Origin: Anaerolineales bacterium
Lineage (GTDB): Bacteria; Chloroflexota; Anaerolineae; Anaerolineales; UBA4823
NCBI GenBank assembly: GCA_020061105.1
Contig: JAGUYW010000030.1
Span: 20,549 to 84,548 of the forward strand
Length of the DNA: 64,000 nucleotides
Direction of reading: 5' to 3'
Shown: positions 39,918 through 50,040 of the stretch, one piece after another
How the letters are laid out: the number at the start of each line of letters is the position of its first letter
How positions within the stretch are numbered: the first letter of the stretch is position 1
The notes under the pieces: model-generated
Database searches by the model: none
The model's input: only the letters and a program-made list of their open reading frames with translations
What the model was told of the DNA's origin: nothing
Made by a program: the position numbers and the translations under genes

Positions 39918-40562
39918 ATGGAAATTACCTGGTATGGACTTTCTTGCTTCCGGCTTACTGAACGCAGCATGGCAACTGTCGTCACTGATCCTTACGATCA
40001 CCGCGTGGCTGGTTATGAAGCGCTCAAACTGCGCGGCGACATCGTCACCATCAGCCACGATGCTCCGGGGCATAATTTTGAATCGGCTGTCAAAGGAAAA
40101 AATCACACCATCACCGGGCCGGGTGAGTTCGAAATTGGCGGCGTATTTATTACGGGTGTGCAAACCAATGGCATCAAACGTCCCGCCGATGAATTGCTAA
40201 ATACGCTGTATGTTTTTGACTATGACGGCGTTACAGTTGCCCACCTGGGCGATTTGCGCCGCGTCCCCAGCCAGGCAGAAGTTGAAGCGTTGGGCAATGT
40301 CCATGTCGCCCTGGTTCCTGTGGGCGGAGGCGGCGGCCTGAGCCCCGCCAAAGCAGTTGAAGTGATCAGCCTGATTGAACCGGGCATTGTCATTCCTATG
40401 CACTTCCATACTCCTGGCGCTCAGCTCAAGCTTGCTCCGGTTAGCAAGTTTCTCAAGGAAATGGGCCTGGGCAATATCGAAGCGCAGCCCTCGCTCAAAA
40501 TCCAGCGTAGTAGCATTCCCGAAGAGACGCGCGTGGTTGTGCTCTCTCCGGCGCGTTCATAG
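39918..40562 (+). CDS. MBL-fold metal-dependent hydrolase (UPF0173-like)
   Basis: Start moved to MEITWYGLSCFRL. The motifs ...DIVTISHDAPGH... are typical of UPF0173. Confidence 0.75.
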   Translation: MEITWYGLSCFRLTERSMATVVTDPYDHRVAGYEALKLRGDIVTISHDAPGHNFESAVKGKNHTITGPGEFEIGGVFITGVQTNGIKRPADELLNTLYVFDYDGVTVAHLGDLRRVPSQAEVEALGNVHVALVPVGGGGGLSPAKAVEVISLIEPGIVIPMHFHTPGAQLKLAPVSKFLKEMGLGNIEAQPSLKIQRSSIPEETRVVVLSPARS

Positions 40563-40584
40563 GCGAATCGATAGGAGTAAGGCC

Positions 40585-40887
40585 ATGGCGATCAAATTGT
40601 TAATGACCTGGGATATCCTGCCCGGACGCGAGCAAGAGTATTTTGAATTTGTGGTTCGAGATTTTATCCCTGGTATCCAGAGCATTGGTATGGAACCCAG
40701 CGATGCCTGGTTTACCATGTATGGCAGCCAACCCCAGATTATGGCCGCCATCATGATGCCCAGCTACCAGGCGCTGCAAAAAGTGCTGCAATCTGATGAG
40801 TGGGAAAGCCTCAAAGTGCGCCTTTTAGATTACGTCGAGAATCTTGATTTCAAGGTCGTCCAGGCGCGCAACGGATTCCAACTGTGA
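40585..40887 (+). CDS. Small hypothetical protein (100 aa)
   Basis: Start moved to ATG 40585 (MAIKLLMTWDILPG). The stop overlaps the mutY GTG start (GTGA). Confidence 0.5.
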   Translation: MAIKLLMTWDILPGREQEYFEFVVRDFIPGIQSIGMEPSDAWFTMYGSQPQIMAAIMMPSYQALQKVLQSDEWESLKVRLLDYVENLDFKVVQARNGFQL

Positions 40888-42011
40888 CCCAAGTTGATCT
40901 GGCTGCTCCATTGCTGGAGTGGTACGCCCGGCAGGCGCGCCAACTTCCCTGGCGTGACCACCCAGATCCCTATGCTGTCTGGGTTTCGGAAATCATGCTC
41001 CAGCAAACCCGCGTCGAAACAGTACAACCCTATTTTGCCAATTGGATGGCGCAGTTTCCCGATATCGAGAGTCTGGCAAAGGCCGATTTACAGCAGGTCT
41101 TATCTGCCTGGCAAGGTCTTGGCTATTACAGCCGCGCTCGCAACCTGCACCGCGCTGCCCAGATCGTTGTCGAAAAGTGGGGGGGCAAGCTGCCGCCAGA
41201 CCCACATGCCTTGCGCAGCCTGCCTGGGGTTGGGCGTTATACTGCCGCCGCCATCGCTTCCATTGCCTTTGGCCTGGATGAAGCCACGTTGGACGGCAAT
41301 ATCCAGCGTGTGTTCTCGCGCTTGTTCAATTTCACCGAAGTTGCCCGCAGCCCAGCTGCCGAGAAACGCCTGTGGCAGCTTGTATCGGCGCATTTGCCGC
41401 CTGGAAAAGCCAGCCAGTATAACCAGGCCTTGATGGATCTCGGGGCGCTGATTTGTACGCCGCGCGCCCCTGCTTGCGACATTTGCCCACTGGCCCACGT
41501 TTGCCAGGCGCGGGCCCTGGGTGTTCAAGAGCAGCGCCCAATCCAAAAGATCAAACCTCCCATCCCACACTACCTGGTGACTGCGGCAGTTATCCAGCAA
41601 GCCGGCAAAGTGCTCATCACCCAACGTCCCCAGGATGGTTTGTTGGGGGGTATGTGGGAATTTCCCGGCGGTAAACAGGGTGCAGGGGAAGACCTGGCCC
41701 AGTGTTTGCAGCGCGAAATTTGTGAAGAGTTGGGCGCTGAAATTGCCGTACATACTCAATTGGGCATTTACCGGCATGCCTATACTCATTTCCGCGTCAC
41801 CCTGCATGCCTTCCATTGCACCCTTCTTCCAGGCGCTCAGCCGCGCCCGCTGCAAGTCGCAGATCTGCTTTGGGTTGATCTGGGTGAATTGCAGAACTAT
41901 CCGATGGGCAAAATCGACCGCCTGATTGCTGCAGATTTACAACCCCCTGCCTCTCACCGCCCGCCAGTCCAGGCAAGCTTACCCATCCCTACACAGGTGT
42001 TCCCATGTTAA
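40884..42011 (+). CDS. mutY: A/G-specific adenine DNA glycosylase
   Basis: Motifs LPWRDHPDPYAVWVSEIMLQQTRV, the HhH-GPD element LPGVGRYTAAAI, a 4Fe-4S loop C..RAPAC..C......C, and a NUDIX-like C-terminus GMWEFPGGK. Confidence 0.85.
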   Translation: MTQVDLAAPLLEWYARQARQLPWRDHPDPYAVWVSEIMLQQTRVETVQPYFANWMAQFPDIESLAKADLQQVLSAWQGLGYYSRARNLHRAAQIVVEKWGGKLPPDPHALRSLPGVGRYTAAAIASIAFGLDEATLDGNIQRVFSRLFNFTEVARSPAAEKRLWQLVSAHLPPGKASQYNQALMDLGALICTPRAPACDICPLAHVCQARALGVQEQRPIQKIKPPIPHYLVTAAVIQQAGKVLITQRPQDGLLGGMWEFPGGKQGAGEDLAQCLQREICEELGAEIAVHTQLGIYRHAYTHFRVTLHAFHCTLLPGAQPRPLQVADLLWVDLGELQNYPMGKIDRLIAADLQPPASHRPPVQASLPIPTQVFPC

Positions 42012-43105
42012 TCGTCGACGCTCACCAGGATTTGGCATGGAATATGCTCACCTTTGGACGCGATTACACCCGCTCTGCTGTCCAAACTCGCCAGATCGAA
42101 ACTGGTAGCCAGGCTGTTCAAGAAAACCAGGACACTTTGCTGGGCTGGTCGGATTACCAGGCCGGGCAAGTGGCGTTGATTTTTGCCACACTCTTTGTTG
42201 CGCCCCAGCGACGTTGTTCAGGCGCTTCCGATCGCCTGTGCTACAGCACCTACGAGCAGGCGCACCAGTTATACAGCGCTCAGGTTGACGCCTATGAACG
42301 CTTAGTTGATCAAAACCCACGCAAGTTTCGCCTGGTGTCCGACCAACAAACCCTGGACGAACTGCTGGCTGCCTGGCGCAAGGCAGATGAGGATGGCAAG
42401 CTGCCGGAACATGGCTTGCCTGTTGGCCTGGCGCTGCTGATGGAAGGCGCCGAAGGCGTCCGCCAGCCGGATGAACTGGAATGGTGGCGCCAGCGCGGCG
42501 TGTGCATCATCGGTCCGGCCTGGGCTGGCACGCGCTACTGCGGTGGCACACGCGAGCCCGGCCCACTGACCGCCGATGGTTACGCGCTGCTCGAAGGCAT
42601 GGCGCACAATCATTTCATCCTTGATCTCAGCCATATGGATGAAAAGGCCGTCTTGCAGGCTTTGGATAGCTACCCTGGCCCAATCATCGCTTCTCACAGC
42701 AACCCCGGAGTGGTGTGGAACCGGCAAGACTTCAACAACCGCTTCTTGTCGGATCGCATGATCCACGGCCTGCTGGAGCGCGACGGGGTGATCGGGATTG
42801 TATTGTGTAATGATTTTTTGAAATCAGGCTGGCGCAAAGGGCAGGCGCGCGATCTGGTTACCTTGCACGATATCGTGGCGTATATCGATTATGTCTGCCA
42901 GCTTGCCGGAGATGCCAGTCATGTCGGACTGGGCAGCGATTTCGATGGAGGTTTCGGCTTGCAATCTGTGCCGCCCGAAATCGATACCATCGCCGACCTG
43001 CAAAAGCTCATTCCCTTGCTAGAATCCAAAGGATATTCCCAGGAAGATATTGCCCGCATCATGGGAGAAAACTGGCTTGCCAAACTACGCCAGGTTCTCT
43101 TGTGA
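42005..43105 (+). CDS. Membrane (M19-family) dipeptidase
   Basis: Motifs MLIVDAHQDL, LLMEGAEG, ILDLSHM and IASHSN. Overlaps the mutY stop by 7 nt. Confidence 0.8.
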   Translation: MLIVDAHQDLAWNMLTFGRDYTRSAVQTRQIETGSQAVQENQDTLLGWSDYQAGQVALIFATLFVAPQRRCSGASDRLCYSTYEQAHQLYSAQVDAYERLVDQNPRKFRLVSDQQTLDELLAAWRKADEDGKLPEHGLPVGLALLMEGAEGVRQPDELEWWRQRGVCIIGPAWAGTRYCGGTREPGPLTADGYALLEGMAHNHFILDLSHMDEKAVLQALDSYPGPIIASHSNPGVVWNRQDFNNRFLSDRMIHGLLERDGVIGIVLCNDFLKSGWRKGQARDLVTLHDIVAYIDYVCQLAGDASHVGLGSDFDGGFGLQSVPPEIDTIADLQKLIPLLESKGYSQEDIARIMGENWLAKLRQVLL

Positions 43106-43162
43106 AACGATACCGATTGGCATGATCCTTGTATCTCGAAATAATACAAATTTTTTGAAGCC

Positions 43163-43612
43163 ATGATGAACGAAAAGCCGTCCTATAAAAGTTACCAGCG
43201 TTTGCGCGTCCGCCTCGGCCTGGGTTTCACCCTGATCGGGCTGGCGATTTTTATCCTCGGCGTCCGCCCAGACCTGTTTGGTTTGGATCGCAGTCCCGTG
43301 ATGGGCTTTGTCCAAATTTCTGTTTTCCTGATTGGATTGGCTTTCGTCTGCCTGGGCGGTTTCATCGCCATCAATGTTTTCTGGAATGGGTATGGGAAAT
43401 CGATCCTCGCTGATATCGGCTTCCGCCTGGTAGCCACTGGCTACGTCATTTGCCTGATGACCGGCCTGGCAGATGTCTTCGGTTTTGGCAACCAGCCCAT
43501 GCCGCTGATCCCTTATTTTGGTCCCTGGCAAGCCTTGGGGGTCATGGCGGGGACGGTTGTGATTGGCGTCGGTTTCCTGCTTTTCATTCCCTGGAAGCAG
43601 AACCCCTCTTAA
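43163..43612 (+). CDS. Hypothetical integral membrane protein
   Basis: 149 aa with four hydrophobic segments. No motif recognised. Confidence 0.5.
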   Translation: MMNEKPSYKSYQRLRVRLGLGFTLIGLAIFILGVRPDLFGLDRSPVMGFVQISVFLIGLAFVCLGGFIAINVFWNGYGKSILADIGFRLVATGYVICLMTGLADVFGFGNQPMPLIPYFGPWQALGVMAGTVVIGVGFLLFIPWKQNPS

Positions 43613-43650
43613 AAAGAAACTGGGCGGCTGTTGCCAACCGCCCAGGCTTT

Positions 43651-45006
43651 CTATATTCTCATCGCCTGTAACATTTCTTGGTTTGTTTTGAGCTTATACT
43701 CCGGTTCGCCCAACCGGGCAGCTTCGGTCTGTTCAAACGCTTCGAGCCTGGAAATTTCTTCTTTTGATACGGGTCGTATGCCAGCCTGGCTCAAGCTTTG
43801 CTGAACCTTGGTAATCACCGCCAGCGCTTCATCTTCCGAAGCCAATGATTGGGTCTGTTTTTGCAAATATTCCAGCATCGCCTGCGCCCCGTTTTCGCCA
43901 TCTTTGCGGGCAATCCCCACCAGCCCGCTGCTAGCCTCGCGCGACCAACCGGCAACAAACACGCCTTCGAGGGGTCTTTTTGCTTCTGGGTCGTAAGCCT
44001 CGTAAGAAAGTCCGTCAACTGGGTAGAGTGGCTCGGGATTCTTGACAAACTCGTTCCACTCCACTGGTAAACCGAAAGCGTCATCCACCCGGTCGCCGAT
44101 ACAAAAGATCACCGTATCTACATCCAGTACACGCTTGGTTCCCAGGCTGCGAGCTTTGGTGTCGCCGTCTTTCAACACCAGGTGGGTATCCTCAACTTCC
44201 AACCCACACACCTGGCCCAGGTGGTCGCCCAGCATCCTGGTTGGCGAAGCCAGAAAATCGAAACGGAAACGCGTCTCTGAAACTGCTGGCTCTGCTTTCG
44301 GCATCCCAGCTAGAATGTATTCTTTGGCTGCCTCTACGTCCTGTTCTACAGCCTTCATAGCCGGCGCGCAGCGTTCTAATTCAGCATCCAATGCCAGTAC
44401 ATCCAGGTTGGCGGCTACCGACTCGATCTCTTTCTTCGAGAACTTCACCTCCGCCGGGCCGCGTCGCGCCACTGCAACTACTTCATCTGCTTTCAAATCC
44501 CGAATCACCCAGCGGGCAATATCCATCATCACATTGCCAACCCCCACCAGGGCCACCCGCCGGCCGATCTTAAACTCCTGGGTGCTGAAAGGCGGCAGCT
44601 TGTTGTAATGGTAAACTAGATCCTTGGCGTGATACACCCCTTGCAGGTCTTCGCCCGGCAACCCCAGCCATTTCGTGCCCTGGGCGCCGACAGTCGCCAG
44701 GATGGCCTGAAAGCCCATCTTTCGCAGGTCATCCAGCGTCAACACCCCTTGCTTGCCAATCGGGACATTACCGAAATATTGAATTTCCGACATCCCCATA
44801 ATCATTCGGAATTGTTTCCGCAAGCCATCTTTCATTTTGTATTTTTCGTAATAAATTCCATATTCGGCCAACCCGCCTGGCTTGATGTCACGGTTGAACA
44901 ATGCCACTGTTGCCCCGCCGCAAGCCAACTGCCTGGCCGCGTAAATCCCCGCCGGCCCTGCTCCGACCACTGCAACCACATATCGATTGGTGTTTTGCTC
45001 AGCCAT
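43651..45006 (-). CDS. FAD/NAD(P)-binding oxidoreductase (adrenodoxin-reductase / GltD-like)
   Basis: Start moved to ATG 45006 (GGAGG RBS). Dinucleotide fold VAVVGAGPAGIYAA and a second fold VALVGVGNVMMD. Confidence 0.7.
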   Translation of the reverse strand: MAEQNTNRYVVAVVGAGPAGIYAARQLACGGATVALFNRDIKPGGLAEYGIYYEKYKMKDGLRKQFRMIMGMSEIQYFGNVPIGKQGVLTLDDLRKMGFQAILATVGAQGTKWLGLPGEDLQGVYHAKDLVYHYNKLPPFSTQEFKIGRRVALVGVGNVMMDIARWVIRDLKADEVVAVARRGPAEVKFSKKEIESVAANLDVLALDAELERCAPAMKAVEQDVEAAKEYILAGMPKAEPAVSETRFRFDFLASPTRMLGDHLGQVCGLEVEDTHLVLKDGDTKARSLGTKRVLDVDTVIFCIGDRVDDAFGLPVEWNEFVKNPEPLYPVDGLSYEAYDPEAKRPLEGVFVAGWSREASSGLVGIARKDGENGAQAMLEYLQKQTQSLASEDEALAVITKVQQSLSQAGIRPVSKEEISRLEAFEQTEAARLGEPEYKLKTNQEMLQAMRI

Positions 45007-45233
45007 TCTGCCTCCCGGTTTTTTGGTATCGTTGATTAGCCACACAATCATTATAGTCATGGTAATAAAAAATCACAAGTTAATTTCCCCATTTAGGGCA
45101 TGCAGATTGCACTCAATAACCTGGTTGCAAATATGTAAAGTCCATTTTGATAAGTTTATGCTATATTTACGGCAAGATATTTCTGAGCGGTATCCACATA
45201 CAATTTCTAAATGGTTACCTGCCTGAAGGTGAA

Positions 45234-45950
45234 ATGAATCGAAAGGATCGTCGCATGAAAACTCCATCCAGACCCCCAGCAACTTCGCAAAGCAAATCCC
45301 CGGGCTTTGTTATCCCACAGCGCTACCTGTGGCAGGGGAAAATAGCCCCTGCTTTCTGGAGCATCGCCAGCGTGTTCTCCCTGATCGTCAACCTGATCTT
45401 GATTATCGTCTTGATCATTATGGGGCGTGAACTATTCGCCATCAAAGGGCTGGTATCTGGACTGATCGACGGATTACATAGCAACTTCCTTGCCATGGAT
45501 CAGGCGCATATCCGCACTATGATCACCGTCCAGGATACGATTGAGGTCAATGATACCATTGCGGTGGTTTTCACCCTGCCGTTGCAGCAAAACACCGAAG
45601 TTATCTTGACCCAGGATACGCCGGTGCGCAACGCCACGGTATTCCTGAACGGTTCGCCGGTGCGCACGGACATTATCCTGCGCCAGGGTACGCCGCTCAA
45701 TATCGCCCTCAACCTGGAAGTTCCCGTCAACCAAACTGTGCCGGTCACCCTGAAAGTTCCTATCAACTTGCAGGTGCCGGTCGATATCCCCTTGAATCAA
45801 ACCGAACTTCATGCGCCGTTCGTCGGCTTAAAAAATGTTGTCCAACCATACAAGTTCCTGCTGGATCGCCTGCCGGGTTCCTGGTATGAAACGCCAATCT
45901 GCGGCGTGTGGACGGAGTGGTTTTGCGGTATAATCCTGGGCGCCAGGTAA
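45234..45950 (+). CDS. Hypothetical single-pass membrane protein with beta-rich ectodomain
   Basis: TM segment FWSIASVFSLIVNLILIIVLIIM. The start is uncertain (45234 or 45255). The stop lies 3 nt before the M16 peptidase gene. Confidence 0.45.
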   Translation: MNRKDRRMKTPSRPPATSQSKSPGFVIPQRYLWQGKIAPAFWSIASVFSLIVNLILIIVLIIMGRELFAIKGLVSGLIDGLHSNFLAMDQAHIRTMITVQDTIEVNDTIAVVFTLPLQQNTEVILTQDTPVRNATVFLNGSPVRTDIILRQGTPLNIALNLEVPVNQTVPVTLKVPINLQVPVDIPLNQTELHAPFVGLKNVVQPYKFLLDRLPGSWYETPICGVWTEWFCGIILGAR

Positions 45951-45953
45951 ACC

Positions 45954-47294
45954 ATGCCGCTAAATCCCCTGACTCGCCTCACGCTCTCAAACGGTTTGCT
46001 AGTTTTACTTAAAGAAATTCATACTGCGCCCCTGATCAGCCATTGGGTGTGGTATCGCGTTGGCTCGCGTGATGAAAGGCCCGGCAATACCGGCGCTTCG
46101 CACTGGGTAGAGCACATGCAATTCAAAGGCACTCCTCGCTACCCTGGCGGCGTGCTGGACAAAGAAATCGCCCGCCTGGGGGGAGTCTGGAACGCCTTCA
46201 CCTACCTGGATTGGACAACCTACTTCGAAACGCTGCCATCCGACAAGATCGAACTGGCCCTCGATCTCGAAGCAGACCGCATGATGAACAGCCTCTTTGA
46301 CCTTAAAGACTTCGAGTCCGAGCGCAGCGTGATTATCGCTGAACGCCAGGGCAACGAAAATGAACCGCTCTTCCGCCTCGGAGAAGAAATTCAGGCTGCT
46401 GCCTTCCGCGTTCATTCCTACCATCACGAAGTGATTGGCGAAATGGTCGACTTAGAAAGGATGCAGCGCGATGACCTGTACCACCATTATCGCACCTACT
46501 ACACTCCCAGTAATGCCATTCTGGCGATCGCCGGTGATTTTGACACCCCCGAGATGATCGAAAAGGTGCGCCGGTTTTATGAGGATTTGCCAGCCGCGCC
46601 TGCCCCGCTGCATTCCACCCGGCCTGAGCCGCCCCAGGTTGGCGAACACCACATCGATCTGGCAGGACCGGGTGAGACCACTTATATCGAACTGAGCTAC
46701 CACGTTCCAGCCGCTAACGACCCGGATTTTTTGCCTTTCGTGATTCTTGACAGCCTGCTCACCGGCCCCAGCAGCCTGAACCTGTTCGGCGGCGGCATTT
46801 CCAACAAAACCTCCCGCCTTTACCGCGCCCTGGTGGAAAGCGAATTGGCTGTCAGCGTTTACGGCGGGCTGCAAGCCACCATCGACCCGTTTATCTACAC
46901 CATCGTTGCCATCCTGCACCCCAACAGCGCCCCTGAGCAACTGATCGCTGCCATCGACGCGGAAATTGCTCTCTTGCAAAATACCCCGCCAGACCATACC
47001 GAACTGGCGCGGGCTGTCAAGCAGGCCCGCGCCACTTTTGCTTATGGCAGCGAAAGTATTACCAACCAGGCCTATTGGTTGGGGTTGGCTGAAATGCTCG
47101 CCAGCCCCACAGATGAAAATCCCGGCCAGTGGTTGGAGCAATACTTGCCCGGTCTGGCGCGCGTGACCCCTGAAGATGTCCAGCGCCTGGCCAAAAATTA
47201 CCTGCGCCAGAGCAATCGCATCCTGGGCGTTTACCGACCTCAAGCAGGTAATGCTTCGAACAGCCAGCCAATCCCTCCGCAAGGCGCAGTGTGA
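45954..47294 (+). CDS. M16-family zinc peptidase (pitrilysin/insulinase type), catalytic subunit
   Basis: Inverted zinc motif HWVEH followed by MQFKGT. Confidence 0.85.
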   Translation: MPLNPLTRLTLSNGLLVLLKEIHTAPLISHWVWYRVGSRDERPGNTGASHWVEHMQFKGTPRYPGGVLDKEIARLGGVWNAFTYLDWTTYFETLPSDKIELALDLEADRMMNSLFDLKDFESERSVIIAERQGNENEPLFRLGEEIQAAAFRVHSYHHEVIGEMVDLERMQRDDLYHHYRTYYTPSNAILAIAGDFDTPEMIEKVRRFYEDLPAAPAPLHSTRPEPPQVGEHHIDLAGPGETTYIELSYHVPAANDPDFLPFVILDSLLTGPSSLNLFGGGISNKTSRLYRALVESELAVSVYGGLQATIDPFIYTIVAILHPNSAPEQLIAAIDAEIALLQNTPPDHTELARAVKQARATFAYGSESITNQAYWLGLAEMLASPTDENPGQWLEQYLPGLARVTPEDVQRLAKNYLRQSNRILGVYRPQAGNASNSQPIPPQGAV

Positions 47295-47298
47295 CAGA

Positions 47299-48582
47299 AT
47301 GTCTCTCCACGCCCTTCCTGGCCCGCAGGATATCCACCGTTCCCAACTGCCCAATGGCGTCACAATCCTGGCGCGCCCCAATTTGAACAGCCCCTCGGTC
47401 GTGATTCACGGCTACCTCGAAGCGGGCAGCCTGTTCGACCCGTCCGAAAAACTTGGCCTGGCGCAGTTTACTTCCCTGGCCTTGATGCGCGGCTCGCAAC
47501 GCCACTCCTTCCAGCAAATTTACGACCTGCTCGAATCTACTGGCGCCAGCCTGGGCGTGAGCGGCGCCACCCACACCACCGGCTTCAGTGGGCGCTCCTT
47601 GGCAGAAGACCTGCCGCTGCTGCTCGATCTGCTCAAACAGGTCTTACGTTTTCCCACATTCCCAGCCGAGCATGTTGAACGCCTGCGGGCGCAGATTCTT
47701 ACCGGCCTGGCAATTCGCGCTCAGGATACAGGCGACATGGCCTCCCTGACCTTTGATGAAATCGTCTATCAAGGCCACCCCTACAGCCGTCCGGATGATG
47801 GCTTTCCTGAAACCGTTCAGGCCATCCAGCGTGACGACCTGCTGGCTTTTCACCACAAACACTACGGGCCGCAAGGCATGCTGATCAGCATTGTTGGCGC
47901 TGTGCCGCCCGAGACGGCTATCGAGCAGGTTGCCGCCCTGTTTGGCGATTGGAGCAACCCCTCCCAGTCGCCACAGGTCGACCTGCCTGCCCTGGAGCCG
48001 CTGCCTCATACCGTCTCCCGCCGCCTGTATATTCCCCAGAAAGCCCAGGCCGACCTGGTGATCGGCGCCGCCGGCCCGCCGCGCCGCTCGCCCGACTTTC
48101 TGCCTGCTTTGTTGGGCAATAATATCCTCGGCCAATTCGGCATGATGGGACGCATTGGCGAGCGCTTACGTGAACAGGCCGGCTTGTCTTATTACGCCAG
48201 TAGCAGCCTGGGCGGCGGCCCCGGCCCGGGTCCCTGGGATGTTTCTGCCGGCGTCAACCCTGCCGATCTGGACCAGGCGATCGATTTGATCCTGGATGAA
48301 ATTCGCCGCTTCACCAGCCAGCCGGTCAGCGAGCAAGAGCTATCCGATTGCCAGTCCAATTTCACCGGCAGCCTGCCGCTTTCGATGGAATCGAACGCCG
48401 GCGTGGCCTATGCCTTGCTCAACATGGAACGCTACCAGCTTGGGATGGATTATTACCTGACCTACGCCGATCGCATCAACGCCATCACCCGCCAGCAGAT
48501 TTTAGACGCTGCACAGCGCTATTTGGATGTCGACCGCCTGGCAATCGTTGCGGCTGGAGAACTGGAAGAATCACATGAGTAA
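47299..48582 (+). CDS. M16-family peptidase, non-catalytic partner subunit
   Basis: Start moved to ATG 47299 (MSLHALPGP). M16 fold pattern but no HxxEH motif. Immediately follows the catalytic paralogue. Confidence 0.8.
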   Translation: MSLHALPGPQDIHRSQLPNGVTILARPNLNSPSVVIHGYLEAGSLFDPSEKLGLAQFTSLALMRGSQRHSFQQIYDLLESTGASLGVSGATHTTGFSGRSLAEDLPLLLDLLKQVLRFPTFPAEHVERLRAQILTGLAIRAQDTGDMASLTFDEIVYQGHPYSRPDDGFPETVQAIQRDDLLAFHHKHYGPQGMLISIVGAVPPETAIEQVAALFGDWSNPSQSPQVDLPALEPLPHTVSRRLYIPQKAQADLVIGAAGPPRRSPDFLPALLGNNILGQFGMMGRIGERLREQAGLSYYASSSLGGGPGPGPWDVSAGVNPADLDQAIDLILDEIRRFTSQPVSEQELSDCQSNFTGSLPLSMESNAGVAYALLNMERYQLGMDYYLTYADRINAITRQQILDAAQRYLDVDRLAIVAAGELEESHE

Positions 48583-48958
48583 CCTGACCAGTGGGATTGA
48601 TCTGTTTGAAATTGAACGCATGCAGCAAGCCATCCAGCGCTATGGCGAGCGCTTTCTCCGGCGCGTCTTTACCCCGCGTGAGCTTGCCGAAGTGGGGGAT
48701 AACCCGGCTTCCTTGGCGGCTCGCTTTGCCGCCAAAGAAGCGGTCGCCAAGGCATTGGGTTGCGGGATTGGGGTGGTCTCCTGGCAAGAGATCGAGATCC
48801 AGCGCGGCGAGCGGCGCCAGCCTGTTCTGCATTTACACGGCGCGGCCGCCAACCTTGCTGCTGAGCTTGGGCTGGATGCCTGGTCGGTCAGCCTCAGCCA
48901 TACCCAAACCCACGCCGTTGCCATGGTTGTCGCGACCGGTCAGAACGTGATAGAATAG
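48575..48958 (+). CDS. acpS: Holo-[acyl-carrier-protein] synthase
   Basis: Start moved to ATG 48575 (MSNLTSGIDLFEIERM). FAAKEAVAKAL and SLSHT motifs. 8-nt overlap with the upstream gene. Confidence 0.85.
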   Translation: MSNLTSGIDLFEIERMQQAIQRYGERFLRRVFTPRELAEVGDNPASLAARFAAKEAVAKALGCGIGVVSWQEIEIQRGERRQPVLHLHGAAANLAAELGLDAWSVSLSHTQTHAVAMVVATGQNVIE

Positions 48959-49018
48959 GCGCTTGGGTCGCTCCAAAGCTGCCCATATCTTGCGTTCGGA
49001 CACAGGACTGGTTTCCAA

Positions 49019-49972
49019 ATGATCAATCGTACATCCACCCCAAACGCGCAAATGCCAACCAGATCCCCGCTCTGGTTGTTTTTATGTGGATTTTTGATGG
49101 GCGCCGCCGATGTCGTACCAGGCGTTTCGGGCGGTACGATGGCGTTTATCCTCGGCATTTACGAAAATTTACTCGACGCCATTAACAGCGCTGGATCGGC
49201 GCTGGTAAAACTCGTCAAACGGCAGTTTCGAGACGCCGTCACCTCCATCCCCTGGAGTTTTCTCGTCCCGCTCGTCCTGGGCATTGCCACGGCCCTGTTC
49301 ACCCTGGCGCGCGGGATCAGTTGGTTGTTGCATGAATACCCGCTTTTCATCTGGGCCTTTTTCTTCGGGCTTGTCTTGGGTTCCACCTTCACAGTCAGAA
49401 AGCGCGTCCAGCATTGGAGCGTATTTCATATCGCAATTTCGATCCTGTTTGCCCTGGGCGCCTATTGGCTGGTTGGTATGGTGCCTCTGGAAACCCCCAA
49501 CGCCGCCTGGTTCTTTGTGCTCAGCGGCGCGCTGGCAATTTGCGCCATGATCTTGCCCGGCATCTCCGGCGCTTTCATCCTGGTTCTATTGGGGAAATAT
49601 GCGACCATCTTACAGGCGGTTGTCAACTTCGATTTTCTGACCCTCGGCCTGGTGGTCTTAGGGGCGCTGATCGGCTTGCTCAGCCTGGCGCGCATCCTGC
49701 GCTGGCTGTTCAACACCTATCGCAGCTATACCATCGCCGCCCTGATCGGGCTGATGATCGGCTCTTTGCGCAAGATTTGGCCCTGGAAAGAGCTGCAGAC
49801 CATCGACACCGGTATCAGCGGCGCTGAACCTTTTTTCAAGGAAATCAATATCCTGCCAACTGCTTTCAGCGTGGAGATCGTGTACGTGATTCTTTTGGGC
49901 GTGGCGGGTTTTTGCCTGGTTCTACTCCTGGAATTCGTCGCCTCTCGTCGCAGCGCTCCCGCTGCCAGCTGA
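49019..49972 (+). CDS. DUF368-family integral membrane protein
   Basis: Motif GAADVVPGVSGGTMAFILGIYE and its duplicated half PGISGAFILVLLGKY. Confidence 0.75.
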   Translation: MINRTSTPNAQMPTRSPLWLFLCGFLMGAADVVPGVSGGTMAFILGIYENLLDAINSAGSALVKLVKRQFRDAVTSIPWSFLVPLVLGIATALFTLARGISWLLHEYPLFIWAFFFGLVLGSTFTVRKRVQHWSVFHIAISILFALGAYWLVGMVPLETPNAAWFFVLSGALAICAMILPGISGAFILVLLGKYATILQAVVNFDFLTLGLVVLGALIGLLSLARILRWLFNTYRSYTIAALIGLMIGSLRKIWPWKELQTIDTGISGAEPFFKEINILPTAFSVEIVYVILLGVAGFCLVLLLEFVASRRSAPAAS

Positions 49973-49995
49973 TTCCCAGGCCTGGTTTTTAGTGG

Positions 49996-50040
49996 CGGGG
50001 GCAATGCGTCGGATATTGGCGGATTGCCCCCGGTTTTTTT
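49996..50040 (+). terminator. Rho-independent terminator
   Basis: 10-bp stem CGGGGGCAAT/ATTGCCCCCG with a 17-nt loop, then a T7 run. It abuts the stop codon of the convergent gene. Confidence 0.7.
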
